Assembly (NCBI GenBank): GCA_951406725.2
Contig: OX597814.1
Location: 120,900,001 to 120,964,000 of the forward strand
DNA length: 64,000 bases
Reading direction: 5' to 3'
Origin: Octopus vulgaris
Lineage: Eukaryota
Part shown: positions 14,174 to 28,699 of the stretch, in pieces
How the letters are laid out: every line of letters begins with the position of its first letter
Position numbering within the stretch: position 1 is the first letter of the stretch
Made by a program: the position numbers and the translations under genes
The notes under the pieces: generated by a model
Seen by the model: the letters and a program-made list of their open reading frames with translations, nothing else
What the model was told of the DNA's origin: nothing
Database searches by the model: none

Positions 14174-14558
14174 CTAGCAGTATCGCCCGTCGTAGCTCGG
14201 GTTTCTAAGGGAAATAACTATATAAGCATATTCAGAGAGTTATAGCCAAAAAATGCATTAAAATGGAAAGAAAATAATGGTACTTTTTTTTTAATCGTTG
14301 ACTCATCGTAGACATTTTTAGAGAGTTACTTCCCTTATATAATAACGGAAAAAATGCATTAAAATGGAAAAATATGATGGTAATTTTTTTTTTTCATCGT
14401 AGACTTATCGTAGACGCGCGCTAATACCCAGAAGGGCTCGATATGAATCACGACTATAAGATACCCGCTTTTGGTTAAACTGCACCGCAAAATGTGGGAG
14501 TAGTTAGGAATCTAAATCGTAGGAGACAGACACACAACTTCTCTTTTATATATAAAGC
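14174..14558 (-). mobile_element. Non-autonomous Helitron (~385 bp)
   Basis: Minus-strand 3' end has hairpin cccg-agctacga-cggg, 8 nt, then CTAG|T. The 5' end is (t)ctttatatataaaagagaagttgtgtgtctgtct. Internal ~65-bp direct repeat; inserted in a TA tract. Confidence 0.75.
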
Positions 14559-14568
14559 TATATATGTA

Positions 14569-14631
<63 letters not shown>

Positions 14632-14797
14632 AAGGTTTGAAAATTTGAAAATGCAATTTTAAAAGATCATTATTCATTTGACCGGTTTCATTTTTTAGAA
14701 AAAGATTGTCAAAAGTAATACATCTTTAAAAATTGCATTTTCAAACCTTCTTTCATATATATTTCCAATCGTGCGGTACCTTACAACTTCTCTTTGT

Positions 14798-14939
<142 letters not shown>

Positions 14940-16959
14940 TGAACATAAAAAGTGTGATTGTGAGTGGTGAACATAAAATGTGACCACCGCCCTTCTTTAT
15001 CTGTATTACATGGCAAAAATACAAGACAGAAACGGGTTTCTTTTTTTATATGCAACTCTATGCAACGAAGAAAAATTTGAGTCTCACAAGAAAACAGAAT
15101 AAGAATAAAAAGAAGAGGATAAAAGAATTTGAGAGACGCGTATATATATAGGTCTATATCTATATGCGTATGTATGAGATAGGTATGTATATATGCATGT
15201 ATGTATGTATGAATGTATGTATATTATATATATGTATACATATTATATACATATATGTATGTGTCTATATATATTTGTGTGTTTGTCATGTATGTATATT
15301 TGTATGTATGTATATAGGTATGCATGTATACAGAATCATTCATGATAGACGTAAACTAAAATGTGATCCTGCTATTTTACAACGCCTTGTCCATCACTAT
15401 ATGAGCTAGTGAAGGAAGCGTCTTTTTAAAATACGATCACTTTTTTCCATTTAAGTTTATTTTCTTCCTCTCGTACACTTCTGTCTCTATCATTATTCCC
15501 GCTCTGTTAAACTACCACACGCTATTCCATATTTGTCATACATTGTTTTCCTGGCCAGAGATGCAGTTTTTTGCAGTTGCCCACTTAATTCCCGTTTGCC
15601 TTATATACATCAAAACCTGCAAAATCTGATATCCCCAAATCTCCGAATATATCTGCGTTGTTGCGAATTGCGAATTATATTGAATAATGCAATATTCGTT
15701 TCTTATTATTGAGTTTTATTTTTGTCAGAATTGGAATACCAGACATTTCACTTAATTAACTTGGATAAATATCATACAGCAATGCTTTCCACAAAGTCTT
15801 TGAATTAACTGATATTACCTTTGAACAATTTGAAAAATTAATTGCTAATTTCTTTAAAAAAGTATAACTCGTCTTTATACCGGGCATTTAAAAATACCGA
15901 CAAGATTTTGTATTTCTTTGCAACTGCGAACACCATTTCAGTTAATTAACAAATCTTTTAGCTACATATTCCATAGATCATTACAATGTAAGTTAATTAT
16001 CATTATTCGTGCCATATCACCATTTGAATTATTTCTTGTTAATTAATCTCTGCTATTTATGGTTTGAAAATTTACTGGATAAATGCTGTTTGTGTACTTA
16101 AAAAATTAGTTTAAATGACCAGTATGCTTGGTTATGTGGAAAAACAATCACGAGGGCTAATACACTTAAATTTATTTACAATTGTGATTTGCTGCAAGGA
16201 CAAAATTTCTGTCTACTGAAACTATCTTCTTAAAAGACATACTTCATTTAAATAACCGAAGTAAGAGTCATAGGAAGCTTTTTTCATATGATAATCTGTA
16301 CATCACTGTTACCGTATCGTCAACATTCATGCAAGTTCTAATGGAGAAAACAGTTATCTCCGTTTCATTTCACTATTAATTATAACAGATAATGGCTTTA
16401 TACACAAGTCGAATATAATATTGAGATACCATTATGTGTTTAGTAGGGCTTCTTTCCAGTAAAAGGAAGATTAACAACTGAAGATCAAAATACTCGAAAA
16501 GGTTCTCTTTCTTTTTCTTCTTTATGCTTGCAGATTTTGTTCGTCCGTCTTTTCTTTGATGAAGGCTTCACCTGAAACCTTAGTCTACTTTTTTCCTTTT
16601 CCTTTTTACCACTAAATTATTACAATGGAAGGTGATTTGCGAAAAATAAGAATACAAGGGATAATAAGTATTTCAAAAGAAGATAAACCCAGCTCAACGT
16701 CTATATGACACACATATACATATAAATACATACACTCACACACGCACACACACAAACAAACATACATATACATATATATATATATGCATATAGAGAGATA
16801 GGTTATGAGAGGTAATGGTGTCAATAAGACCCAAACGTGTAAGGTAATGCTAAGAGGTATGAACAGACTATAGTTAAGCTCGAGTTTCGGTGATTATGCG
16901 AATGAGGTGTCCAACGTAGGTCATATATCAGTATGTGTACATATAAAATAAATTAACAG

Positions 16960-17400
16960 AATGAGATGAAAATCTAAGGTTGTGAAAGATTTCAGAACAT
17001 TTATAAATAGAATGTCTTACAGCTGTTTCCGGGATATTTTACATAACCCTTCATCGGAGACGGTGTGAGAATATGGTTAAGCATTAGTTATTCTAGATAA
17101 GATGTGAAATACAAAGTGAAGTGGAGGAATGAAAATAGATGTGCGATACGCAGGGATACAATGGTTCGATAATGTGCACTCCTGAGAATGTTGAAATGTA
17201 TTGTTCAGGAACAGTGCTTTTCTCAGAGATGTGTACCATCTATATGTCGAGTCCTTCTCTGCACACTGCATGTTGTATCGCTGCAGTAGTTCTTTCATCA
17301 AAATATAGGAGCTGTGTTGTATATGAGATCATCTGTGGCAAATGTCACGCATCCTACATAGGAAGCACAAGAATACTGCACATACGCATAAAAATTACAA
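16960..17400. mobile_element. Old Penelope-like element remnant (GIY-YIG fragment plus inverted ribozyme-bearing end)
   Basis: Plus-strand 17310-17395 encodes CVVYEIICGKCHASYIGSTRILHIRIK (GIY-YIG with CxxC). A hammerhead lies on the minus strand at 17014-17061. Confidence 0.65.
17014..17061 (-). ncRNA. Minimal type I hammerhead ribozyme variant (CCGAUGA core)
   Basis: gtct CCGATGA aggg...cccg GAAA cagctg TA agac: stem I gtct/agac, stem II ggg/ccc, palindromic stem III ACAGCTGT. Confidence 0.65.
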
Positions 17401-17933
17401 TATAATTTAGTTATTATATGTGGAAAATGGATCTTAAAACTCAGATGCGTTTAATATTGATATTAATTTACCCGTGTGCATGTAGATTTTTCTCTTCCCT
17501 TGCGTTGAGTAGTGGGACTTTAGCCTCTAAAATGAATTTTTTTCCTTGATGCACAAGTGGCATTTCTTACTTTTTACATTCTATAAATGTGTGGAGGCAG
17601 GACTTTCCATTCTAAATCAAAACTAATATTTTTATCGTTCATCTCCCAAATATATTTATTTAATGCGGTCGAGCTAATCTTTTTCTGAAAATGTGTAGGT
17701 GCGCGGCTAATCTATGCTTTAAAAGTGCTTAAGGCTTTTGTACAAAAGCCTTAAGCACATTTAATCTATGTCCGCTATTAAATTTGCGTCCATAGATCTA
17801 TGGGTGCAGTTATACAACTTCTTGGGAACTTCTTGCGATCACTTACTGAGCTTAAGCTCATTTTATCTATGACCTTCATATCTGCCTCATTTATGTCGAT
17901 GTAAACGATGGTTCATGCATTCATCTTCGGAGC

Positions 17934-18002
<69 letters not shown>

Positions 18003-18024
18003 AAGTTAGAGAGTTACATATATG

Positions 18025-18149
<125 letters not shown>

Positions 18150-19051
18150 GATATCAAACTTGATATATATATATATATATATCCCCTTTATATATATATA
18201 ATTCTACATATATACATACATACATACATATATATGTGTGTGTGCGTGTGTGAGTGTGTGTGTGTATATATGTATATGTGTGTGTATGCATGTGTCTACG
18301 TTAATCCAGACATATCTTTATATGCATGTAGAATTTACGAATGCATTTGTATACGTTGTGCTTCATATCGCCAAAATACTTTTGAGATTTTAGCATTTCC
18401 TTATATACATCATAGCAATCAAGAATATTCAGATTCGTAACACACGAAGTAGCTCGACACTTGTAAACATAAAATCTAAAAAAAAAACTTAGAGAATCTC
18501 ACTTTGTTACTTAGGATTGTCGATATTTTCGAAAGCGAATTATTTACACATACATTTAGGTTACCCCCAAAATAGTTCCCTAATTGTAAAACATCTACTT
18601 TTGGCGCTGGAACATAGAATTATCCTCCATGACAATGACCTCACCTGTGTTCTATGTTTGTTTGGAAATCTAAATAAACGCAAATTATATCCTTTCTAGA
18701 GTGGCGTATATATTATATTCCCCCAAACTTGATATACAATTTTGATAAGTGTCTGAATCCCTCATAATATATATAATACAACAGACGGTTTCCCCACACA
18801 CTATACATATAATAGATCTTGGAAATGAATATCAATACTATCAAGTTGAAACTTACAATCGATTTTCAAAGAAATATTCTCTCGAAATGAAATCTAGTTT
18901 ATAGTTTCTTTTTTTCTGATATTACAGTGGTATACTTTCAAAATGTTTAAGCTTCATCCATAAATTCTTAGAATATCCCACTACTGTTCCGGGATATTTC
19001 TCTAGCCTTCACGTGCAAAACAATTTCTTACCAGTATTATATTTCATATTG

Positions 19052-19285
19052 CTCTTACTCTTTACTCTCTCATTTACTTGTTTCAGTCATGTGCCTGTGG
19101 GCATACTAGAGCAGCGCCTTTAGTCGAGCAAATCAACCACAGGACATATTCTTTGTAAGCCTAGTACTTATGCTATCAGTTCTTCTGCCGAACCGCTAGG
19201 TTACGGGGTCGTAAACACCACCAGCATCGGTTGTCAAGCGATGTTGGGGGACAAACACAGATACACAAACCTATACATATACATA

Positions 19286-19378
<93 letters not shown>

Positions 19379-19540
19379 GACGGGCGTCTTTCAGTTTCCG
19401 TCTACGAAATCCACTCATAAGGCTTTGGTAGGCCCGAGGCTATAGTAGAAGACACTTGTCCAAGGTGCCACGTAGTGGGACTGAACCCGGAACCATGTGG
19501 TTGGTAACCAAGCTACTTACCACACAAACACTGCTACACC
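19052..19540 (-). mobile_element. SINE family A, full length with expanded internal microsatellite
   Basis: Reverse complement of the 9601-10000 family. Confidence 0.85.
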
Positions 19541-22328
19541 TTGATATATTTTTACTAATGATTAGTTTCGTATTTTCATAAAATATGATTGTATCACTAA
19601 TTATCGTTTTCATAACTTTGATAGATTGAAGTCAAAAATAAAATTGGAGTCACATGAATGAGGAATAAAGTAAATCTCGATGTATATTTATGTTTTCTGA
19701 ACACTCACTACAAAAAATGTAATACTAAAGAAAAATATTTAATATTTAGTCAGAAGGAGAAAGCATTGTGTTCATGGAATTTGAATGTCCCTGAAGAACA
19801 GTGAGCTAAATTCAAATAATTTAATTTCAATAGTTGTAAGTCGATGTCAGACTTGAAGAGGTATCCAAAAGGCTAAAAATCTAAGAAGAATGACAACTGC
19901 CGTTAGTGGGAGACGAGGATATGAAGCAAGTGATGTGTCACAGGGGATACTTATTCATGACGATGTGACTAATTATTGTGAAGAAAAAATCCTTTGTCCA
20001 GAGTTGGCGGCGTGGTGAGAGAGACTACGCAAGTGGCAATAAATGCTTTTGGACTGTATATAGAAGTTGATATCGTGTTAGGGAGGTGGAGAAAGAAATT
20101 TTAATGAAGAGTTTCCGAATGTTGACAATTTACGGCTGGATGAGAAAAAGAGTGGAAGTTTTTTTTCGTATGTGTACTGCTTGGTGAGCCATTATGCATA
20201 ACCTATGCTCTATTGTTAGTTACAGGAGGATTTTCTGGAAATTGGATGTACATAAGAGCGAAAATTTCAGCGGCAGAATGCCTTCTAAGGTGTTTGATCC
20301 TCGAAGGTATATTTTGATTAATTTTTGTAATAAAGTTTCGCATGATAATAAAAAATTCTGTCATCTGTGACAAATTTCTAATAATTTAGAAAAGAAATCA
20401 TGTAACTTAAATTTCCTACAGCTTACATAAAGGAAGAAGTGAACGTAAATCAGTAATATGCTATATAAACATGCACGGCACTTAATAAAGTTCGCTCGAA
20501 GTTGTAACGCAAGAAAATTATAGCTGAAATACATTTTATGACGGATTGTTCAGGAAGTTGCAGCGTTTTTAATATTTTATTGATATATTAATATATTTAT
20601 TGATAAATGACGCAATCAACTTTTGTAAGGACATAAAGTTCCGTATTGTATCTGGTTTTATTACAAGATGACATATGAACATAGGTTTAATTTGTTGTAG
20701 TCTTAGAGTTAGGAATTTACCAAATCATATATCTTTCTTAAAGTCCAAATACATTAATACTCCTTGAAATTATACTCCTGGGGCTATACATTCATGTTGC
20801 ACATATATTTTCTTGGTTCATAATAGCATGTTTAATATAGCATTGCAGAAACATCGACAACCTTTGTATATTGTTATATGCTAAATTTCTCTCGTAAACG
20901 GGAAGACATTTAGAAATTAATGCAAAAGAAAAGTACGGACTTGTCAAATGCAAATAATACATTGATACACAGAAAGTTCTTACGATTCAAAAAATTTTGT
21001 GACGTGAAAATCAAGAAGTGTAAATTATTCAGTAGGTTACTTTGTTGGGTACAGTAATCATTTATTATAATCTTGTTTCTTTGTTGTTGTTTTTTTTGTG
21101 CAAGTCTTACGCCCGAAAATTTGGCCTTATTTTGTTATTCACGCTGTAACATTACACAATTATTTGGTTCGCATTTTCATTTATTTCTTTAGAGTTTAAA
21201 TTAAATTAGCTTGTGATTGTTTACCCCATTCGGATATTCATTTAAAGGGCGTTTGATTTGCCGATTCGTTACAGTGACAAGTAAAAAGTTTACTGCTCAT
21301 ATAATTCTCACTTCAAATTTTATCAAAGTCAACTTTGCTTTTCACAATTACGTGTTCGATTATTAAGTACTAGATTCGGGGGTAATCAATTATCCTCTTC
21401 ACCATAATTTCTTCTCATGTGCACAAATGAAAAACTATTCGTACATGTCGGCGTAACCATCGACAGCTTTCCCGTATATATCTGTTTATTAAATACTATA
21501 ATATGTTGCTCTTCAAGATTTTTAGCAAAAGTAGCCTCTTTCATAATCTGTTTAGGCTATTCGAATGTCGTGCAAATAACTCTAACGCAACCGAACAATT
21601 GACAACCTTTACAGCCAGCTTTAATAAATTTTATTAGGTTGTAAATATAGACAAATATAGTTTTGTCAATGAATATTTTATTTCAGAAACGGAGAAGCAT
21701 TTTCATCATATTCGCAAATGATATATGTTATAAACTCCATCAGAGGTCTTCTAATTAGCTTAAATAAATATCTAATTTCCAAACAATGAGAGATCTTTGA
21801 ATCAGGCATAAAATTAAACTATGAGGTACCACCGCGTCTCTATTTACGTCAATATATTTTCTGTTTTAGAAGAGAAAAAGAGTGGCAGTGATTTTTGCAG
21901 GCTTTGCAAGATTTTTGAAGTTAAATAGTTTGATTTTGCATTTGGGGTTCCAGAATTATCGTCTCCTTGAAAATAGCTGCATTTAGAATTTTTATTGTAT
22001 ATTATGTATTTAAATAGAACAAAATTTGAATATTCCAACATTATACATTAATATCAATGTATTGATATATGAGCACTATTTGAACCATTTTATATGTTAG
22101 TATACGGATTTGCATATATTTTTGCCCATGCAAACGTATACATATTAATATATGCGTTCATAAAAAGGCAGTCACATTATATCTCAAAAGAGTATAAAAA
22201 AGACAATAACAAACATGAGTGTCAAAATTAAGTATCACGTTTTGAATTCAATGTTAAAGTCATCCCATGTGACAGTGTGTCTCTCCCTCTACCAAACAAA
22301 TAATTTGCTAGTCTTAATAAAAATGTAA

Positions 22329-22590
22329 TGGAGGCACATGGCGTTGTGGTTATAGCCACGGACTCAAAGCTCAGACTGAGTAATGTGTGCGTTTATGAGC
22401 GAAACAATTAAGTTCCACACGGCTGAATCTTTCAACACAACTTTCTCTCACTCATTTCTCCTGCATCGAAAAGCTCACCTGTGATGGACCGGCGCCCTGC
22501 CCAGGTGGGGAACCTATATGCCAATGCAAACGGGAAAAGAAACCGGCCCTTATGAGCCAGGCATGGCTCAAGAAGGAACAAACAACAACG
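22329..22590 (+). mobile_element. Degenerate SINE family B copy
   Basis: tggaggcacatggcgttgtggtt head; cctgtgatggaccggcgccctgcccagg V-like domain; (AAC)n tail. Confidence 0.65.
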
Positions 22591-23467
22591 ATAAAATGTA
22601 GCATTTACCAAGATATTCTGAAATGTCCGTTAACGAGGCAACAATAGATGTATGTATGCACGAAATAATCTGCATATTGTTGTTCGGTTCATCCTAACAT
22701 CAACAAAAATAATAATTTTCTTAAGAGTTTCTATGTCATTCAAATCACTTCACCAATTCAACATTTACAATTTGAAAATTATTTCCATGAAAATCCTACA
22801 ACACTGGAACATAATGACATATTAAATCCACGAAATACAGATAATGTGCAAGCATCTAATTTGCAAATCACTAAAATCATTTAAAAGGTTAAATATTCAA
22901 GTATTAGGACATTTTCCATTTGAGGTCAGCGTGATCCTAACATCATTATGATGCTATTTTCTCAACATACTTAAGTCATTATTATGTAAGAATTTTACGA
23001 ATTATATAACAACAGCTCACAGAGAGCTGCTATTAGGTAAGTTGTAATGGGGAAATTACTATCAATATAATTTGTATGAAATATATGAAACAAATGTATG
23101 TTAACTCCAGGCACTAAAACGTTTTAAACTGAAAGAACAATTATGCGAATACCCAATATCAGGGAGAAGTCCTTAATGCACGTTCAATATTTTTTTGTAC
23201 GATGTAAACAAGATTACTGTGAGGCATCAAATGTATGTTTAGTTGAATAAATTCAGATTCTGCCACCGGGATTTCCGTTTCTACGCAGGAAACTGTTAAA
23301 AGAGGATGTCACGTGCATGAGTGTTAAAATAAACTAACACAAAATGCACTAACGTACATGATATAAACTCGTGCACAAACATTTGTATACACCTATGCAT
23401 TTATATATATATATATACAGAGCGAGAGAGAGAGACAAGATATATATATATATATATATAATTTATT

Positions 23468-23514
<47 letters not shown>

Positions 23515-23529
23515 TATATATATATATGC

Positions 23530-23574
<45 letters not shown>

Positions 23575-23708
23575 ACACACACAATATATATGTATATATA
23601 TATATACATATATATATATGTATATGTGTATATATAAGCAATTTATATATAGATATAGATAAATATATATATATACATATATATATGTATACATGTATAT
23701 ATAAATGC

Positions 23709-23762
<54 letters not shown>

Positions 23763-23903
23763 ATACATATATATATATGGGAAGAGATATAGATGTATGT
23801 GTATGCATGCTTGTATGTGTATGTATCTGTATATGCGTCATTCTCACGCACATAGGGTTGCATACATTGATACGTGCATATAGCTTAATAGCTTGGTAGA
23901 TCA

Positions 23904-23947
<44 letters not shown>

Positions 23948-24549
23948 AAGAGAGAAAAAAAAGAAAGGGTCAGATAGAGAGAAATCAGGAAATTAAAAGG
24001 AGTTACATGCAAACTGCGGGAGCCAGCTTTTCACATTATTTAGATTTTGTAATATTTACATTCAATTAGCGTATTTTTGTTAAGTCTTTCTTTTCGGACG
24101 AGGTTAATTTCCTAGAAGTGAGTGCTTCACTAACATTTAGTACAACTGATTTAAAAAATTAAAAAATTGAGATCTTTTGTAAAATAATAGAGTAATGCAA
24201 GATTCGAGTTAAAATGTCCGATAGAATATAAAAACTAGCGGATACTAGCATTTAGTTGCTGAGTTTATGTTCATGTTTCATTTTACAAGAATATTCTGTA
24301 TATAGTTGAATATTTTTCAGCAACAGGCGTGTGTTTACTCTTCATCAGAGGGAACATGTATATACGTAATAATATATGTATGTGTGTTTGTGTGGATTAC
24401 AGGTATGTTCACCCCCATCAATTTACTATGAGGAAAGTTTAGTGGGATGATAGTTTACCGAGAATATATATCCATTGTATCTCACCGTTAACAGTTAACA
24501 ACTACAGCATTGAGAAAAAGAACAGTGTATTGGTGCCGGCGGAGTTTCA

Positions 24550-24670
24550 TGCGGTGATTAGATGACGGTGAACTTTACTTGCGGTGAATTGATCACCTTG
24601 AATATTATGGGCGGCGAATTGATGACGGTGAACTTTACCTGCGGTGAATTGATGAAGGGGGAATTAATGG
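24550..24670. repeat. 15-bp-period tandem array (gcggtgaattgatga-like) with 60-bp higher order
   Basis: Repeated ggtgaa(c/t)t units every 15 nt; gatgacggtgaactttac recurs 60 nt apart. Confidence 0.7.
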
Positions 24671-25501
24671 ACATGATGTATGTATTCATTCGTGTAAATC
24701 TATTATAGGCAGAAAAAGAAACACAGGTATTCTTGATTTCATAAAATATCTTAACTGCCAGATACAATTTGTTTAATAATTTAGTGATAGTTGGGATTGA
24801 AATGAATTTGACGGAAACTGAAGTGGAGTCACATAGTAAATGTAATCCAAACATACATCGTGTCATACTGATCATGACTAAGAATTACGTCAAAGGTATA
24901 CGTAACTGTGGAAATCTCAGCCACGTACTAGCTAGTTCATTGAGACGGGAAATTTCGAGTTTCAGACAAATGAGCATTTCTTGACGAAAGACAGAGGAAT
25001 GAAACCACACACACGCACACACACACACACACACACACATACACAAACATACACACACATACACACATACACGAACGCGTATATATATATTCCTTTTTTA
25101 GTTTCATCTGAAAGCTGTTGCCATGCAGGGGCACCGCTGGTTTGCTACTCTGTTATTATTGAGAGTCTCCTCAAATAATTGGGATCAGGTGAATAAGGGA
25201 GTTTTGATATCGCTACCCTCATTTGCACTGCCTGCTGCGGGGTAGGTTCATCTGTGACTTTCGACAGGAGGAGGTCCAATTTTTATTTGAAAATACTTAC
25301 ATCGAATTTGTGTAGGTCCTTCAGGCTCTTTGGGAGAATATTAAAAACCTGTGATCATCCCCTGAAAACCAGGTGTTACAGTAAGTGGTCCCGAAGCGCG
25401 ATAGGATTGCTGGGATTTTGGTACAGTGCAGTGACGACCTGTTCTGGTATTTGTGCAGATTTCAATGCAAAAATAGTAGCATACACACACACGAACACAC
25501 A

Positions 25502-25561
<60 letters not shown>

Positions 25562-25579
25562 ATATTATGTATGTATATA

Positions 25580-27321
25580 TCTCTATATATATAAAACTGA
25601 GAATGTGTGTCTGTCTGTCTGTCTGTTTATGTGTTTCCCTAAAACTTGAGAACTACACAACCAATTTCATTCAAATTTTACACATGCCTTACTTAGGGTC
25701 CGGGGAGTGTCATCGGCAAATTTTCTTTTAACATTTTGCCTAGGGCGAGCCCACAGCAATATGATATCTTCTCCACTATGAATCCCTAAAACTTGAGAAC
25801 TACGCAACCAATTTCATTCAAGTTTTACATATGCCTTACTTAGGGTCCATGCAATTTCATGAGCAAAAAATGTTCAACTTCTTGCCTAGGGCGAGCCCAT
25901 AGCAATATCATATCTTCTCCACTATTTCAGTATTACGTGTTAAAAGTGAAACAAAAACATTTCTCTATTTTATGTCAGATACTTTCACTTTAACAATAAA
26001 AATAGAGAAAATAATAACAATTGAATTATATGTAGTAAGTAATAATTAAAAATCAAACTAAAGTATAATATAATCGTAACATAACAAAAGTAAAAATAGC
26101 AATTGGTATAAAATTGAATCAATGACTTTAACTTGCGTAAGTGGTTTCACATGAATGGGAATAAATTAAAAATAAAATTATTGTGCAGAAATGGAATAGT
26201 CCAGATGGAGCTGTGCACATACCGTTTACCACGTCTTTTACATTAGATTATCTGCTAATTAGCTAGCATTAAGTATCTATATGAAGTTTGGCTGTATGTA
26301 ATGTCTGTTTTCTCGAACAGCCGCTTCTACTGAGTACTGCTGTTGGCTTAATTCTTATACATAAAGGACTATAGCTTCAACTACGTACTGCTTTTTGATT
26401 CACCGTAAGGTTTGTTGTTATTATTATTACTGTTTAACTATTGTTATCACGTTTGTTGGTTCCTCGTAAGGGAAACGTTGTTGTGTTGTATTTGTTAAAT
26501 AATTGTAAACTGCAACCCTCCCCCTTTGGGAGAAGGAGCTTTGGTTATTGTTTAAGAATTGAATTGTGTCCCTGTTTGGGGAAATTGACAATATTTTCAC
26601 CGTTTACACGGAAGCATTTTTGTTAGAATGCCTTCGATAGAAGAAAGTCCAAAAACGAATTTCGCTGCAGCCGTCGGCAGGCGCGAACTCATCAAAATTA
26701 AAATGAAAGAAATACAAACCTATTTCGGATTGATCACCGACAAAGACGTTGAATCTAGGATAAAATAAAAAATTAAATTAAAGAAAAGACTATTGTCTAT
26801 AAATTATACAAGGTAGAGAAAAAAAAAGATTTGGACACCTGGAGGAAAGCAGCATCGAAAAGTGTCTTGGTGCAACTATGAAGGGTATCTAATCAGAGGC
26901 GGTAAATTCGCCACAATAGAATCAAGGTTCGAGTCAACTGAGTGTGCAAGGGAGTACTCGACTCGAACCTTGCAAAGTGGAAATATTTTGTTTTTACCTT
27001 TATATCCGGGACGTAGGACGTCCCGGATATAAATTTAAAATGTCCCCCCAGAAGTAGAGGTAGGCTGGATTGTAGCCTCACTTCTATACAAGAGGGGGGA
27101 CAAGATACAATTGATCGAAATTACAAGAGGCGGGCCTACAATTCCAGTCTTTTATATATTTTGAGTATTGTTATCACAAGCGATATCAAGATATAACTTT
27201 GTATTTTGTATTTTATGTGTAGATTTATACGTATAGATGTACATGTAATATGTACACATATATATACACATATATACCTGCACTAGCACAATGACCCGGC
27301 AATGACGGGTCATAATGCTAG
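25580..27321 (+). mobile_element. Non-autonomous Helitron (~1.74 kb)
   Basis: A|TCtctatatatataaaa...(gtct)n 5' end and 3' hairpin atgacccg-gcaatga-cgggtcat followed by CTAG|T, consistent with A/T insertion. Internal ~145-bp tandem duplication (25637-25925). Pairing of the two ends is inferred. Confidence 0.65.
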
Positions 27322-27410
27322 TATATATATATAGATAGATATGTCTACATATACATACATACATCTATATATACACATATACATGCATATAAATATATAT
27401 ACATACATAC

Positions 27411-27461
<51 letters not shown>

Positions 27462-28626
27462 CATACATATATATATATATATAATGCATATACATACATA
27501 TATATTCATATATGTATGCAAGATATATAAGCGCTTTCATATAGTTATATATAATTCAGTATAGTAGATGTAAACAAGCTTGATGAAATAATTCCTAGTA
27601 AGCGGAACTGTATATTTTGTGCATAAACGATAATAACGAGATAATCATTCACATCTTCATCGATTAAATTATTGATAACTGGGTGAACAATGAAGAGGGC
27701 TTTGTCAAATTGCCTCAAAATCTGAAAGTAAATGAATTGAAGTAAGGTCAGGAGGTACGTATCCCTATCAACGTGAGTAAGATCAATATAATCAAGAAGT
27801 TTTTTTTTAAATCCTGAGAGAATATGATCATTTATCAGTGAGATAAATGTGATCAATAAGTGAAAGGTTATACACAAAATATGTGAAATGTCATCGATAA
27901 AAATAAAGAAAGGTTTTTTCGTTTATAGTGTTTGTAAATGTACTGATCTAAAAGAAGAATGAGTGGTCATCATGCTATGTTTGATAATTTGAGATTATTG
28001 AAGAGATGAAAAGACCACGTGAGTCAGAGCAGATTGACTATCCCCGACTTGATAGCCTCACCATAAAATTAAAGTTTACAAAGCTGTTAGCTTTAACGAT
28101 TATAGTTAATTCATTCTAAACTTCGCTTGAGAGGACTGCTAACTTTGAAAAAATAAATATTATGCCAAGCAAAAATTAATCACAATCTTAAATTTCGAGT
28201 CAATATTTAATTTGTTTCTTAGTAAATTTCACAATATAAACCTGAAGGTATATGCTTCAAATGTGTTCATGGTTTCTTGGTTTTTACTAAAAACATGACT
28301 TAACAGCTAAAGTTCAAAGGTTATAGTCATAAATAACAAAGAAAAATATCGATTTAAACAGGCTTCGGCACAGCAAATAGAAAATGATTATGTTTTCAAG
28401 AAGTCGGGTTTATCCTTATGAAATATCGATCACAATTCGAATGAGAAACTGTTTGAATGACCTTATTATTTTCACAATAGAATTAGTTTTCGACAGCGTA
28501 GATTGTTGTAATTGTCCAATATATATATGTAGTACCACCTAGCTATACGTACATATTTATTAATAAAAGGTTTGAATAGATATTATAGATTAAGATAATA
28601 CATACACATGTACACAACCCTCCTTT

Positions 28627-28699
<73 letters not shown>

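Noticed and set aside
24550-24670. CRISPR-like array
   Set aside because: Units are contiguous with no unique spacers, there are no cas genes, and the context is eukaryotic.
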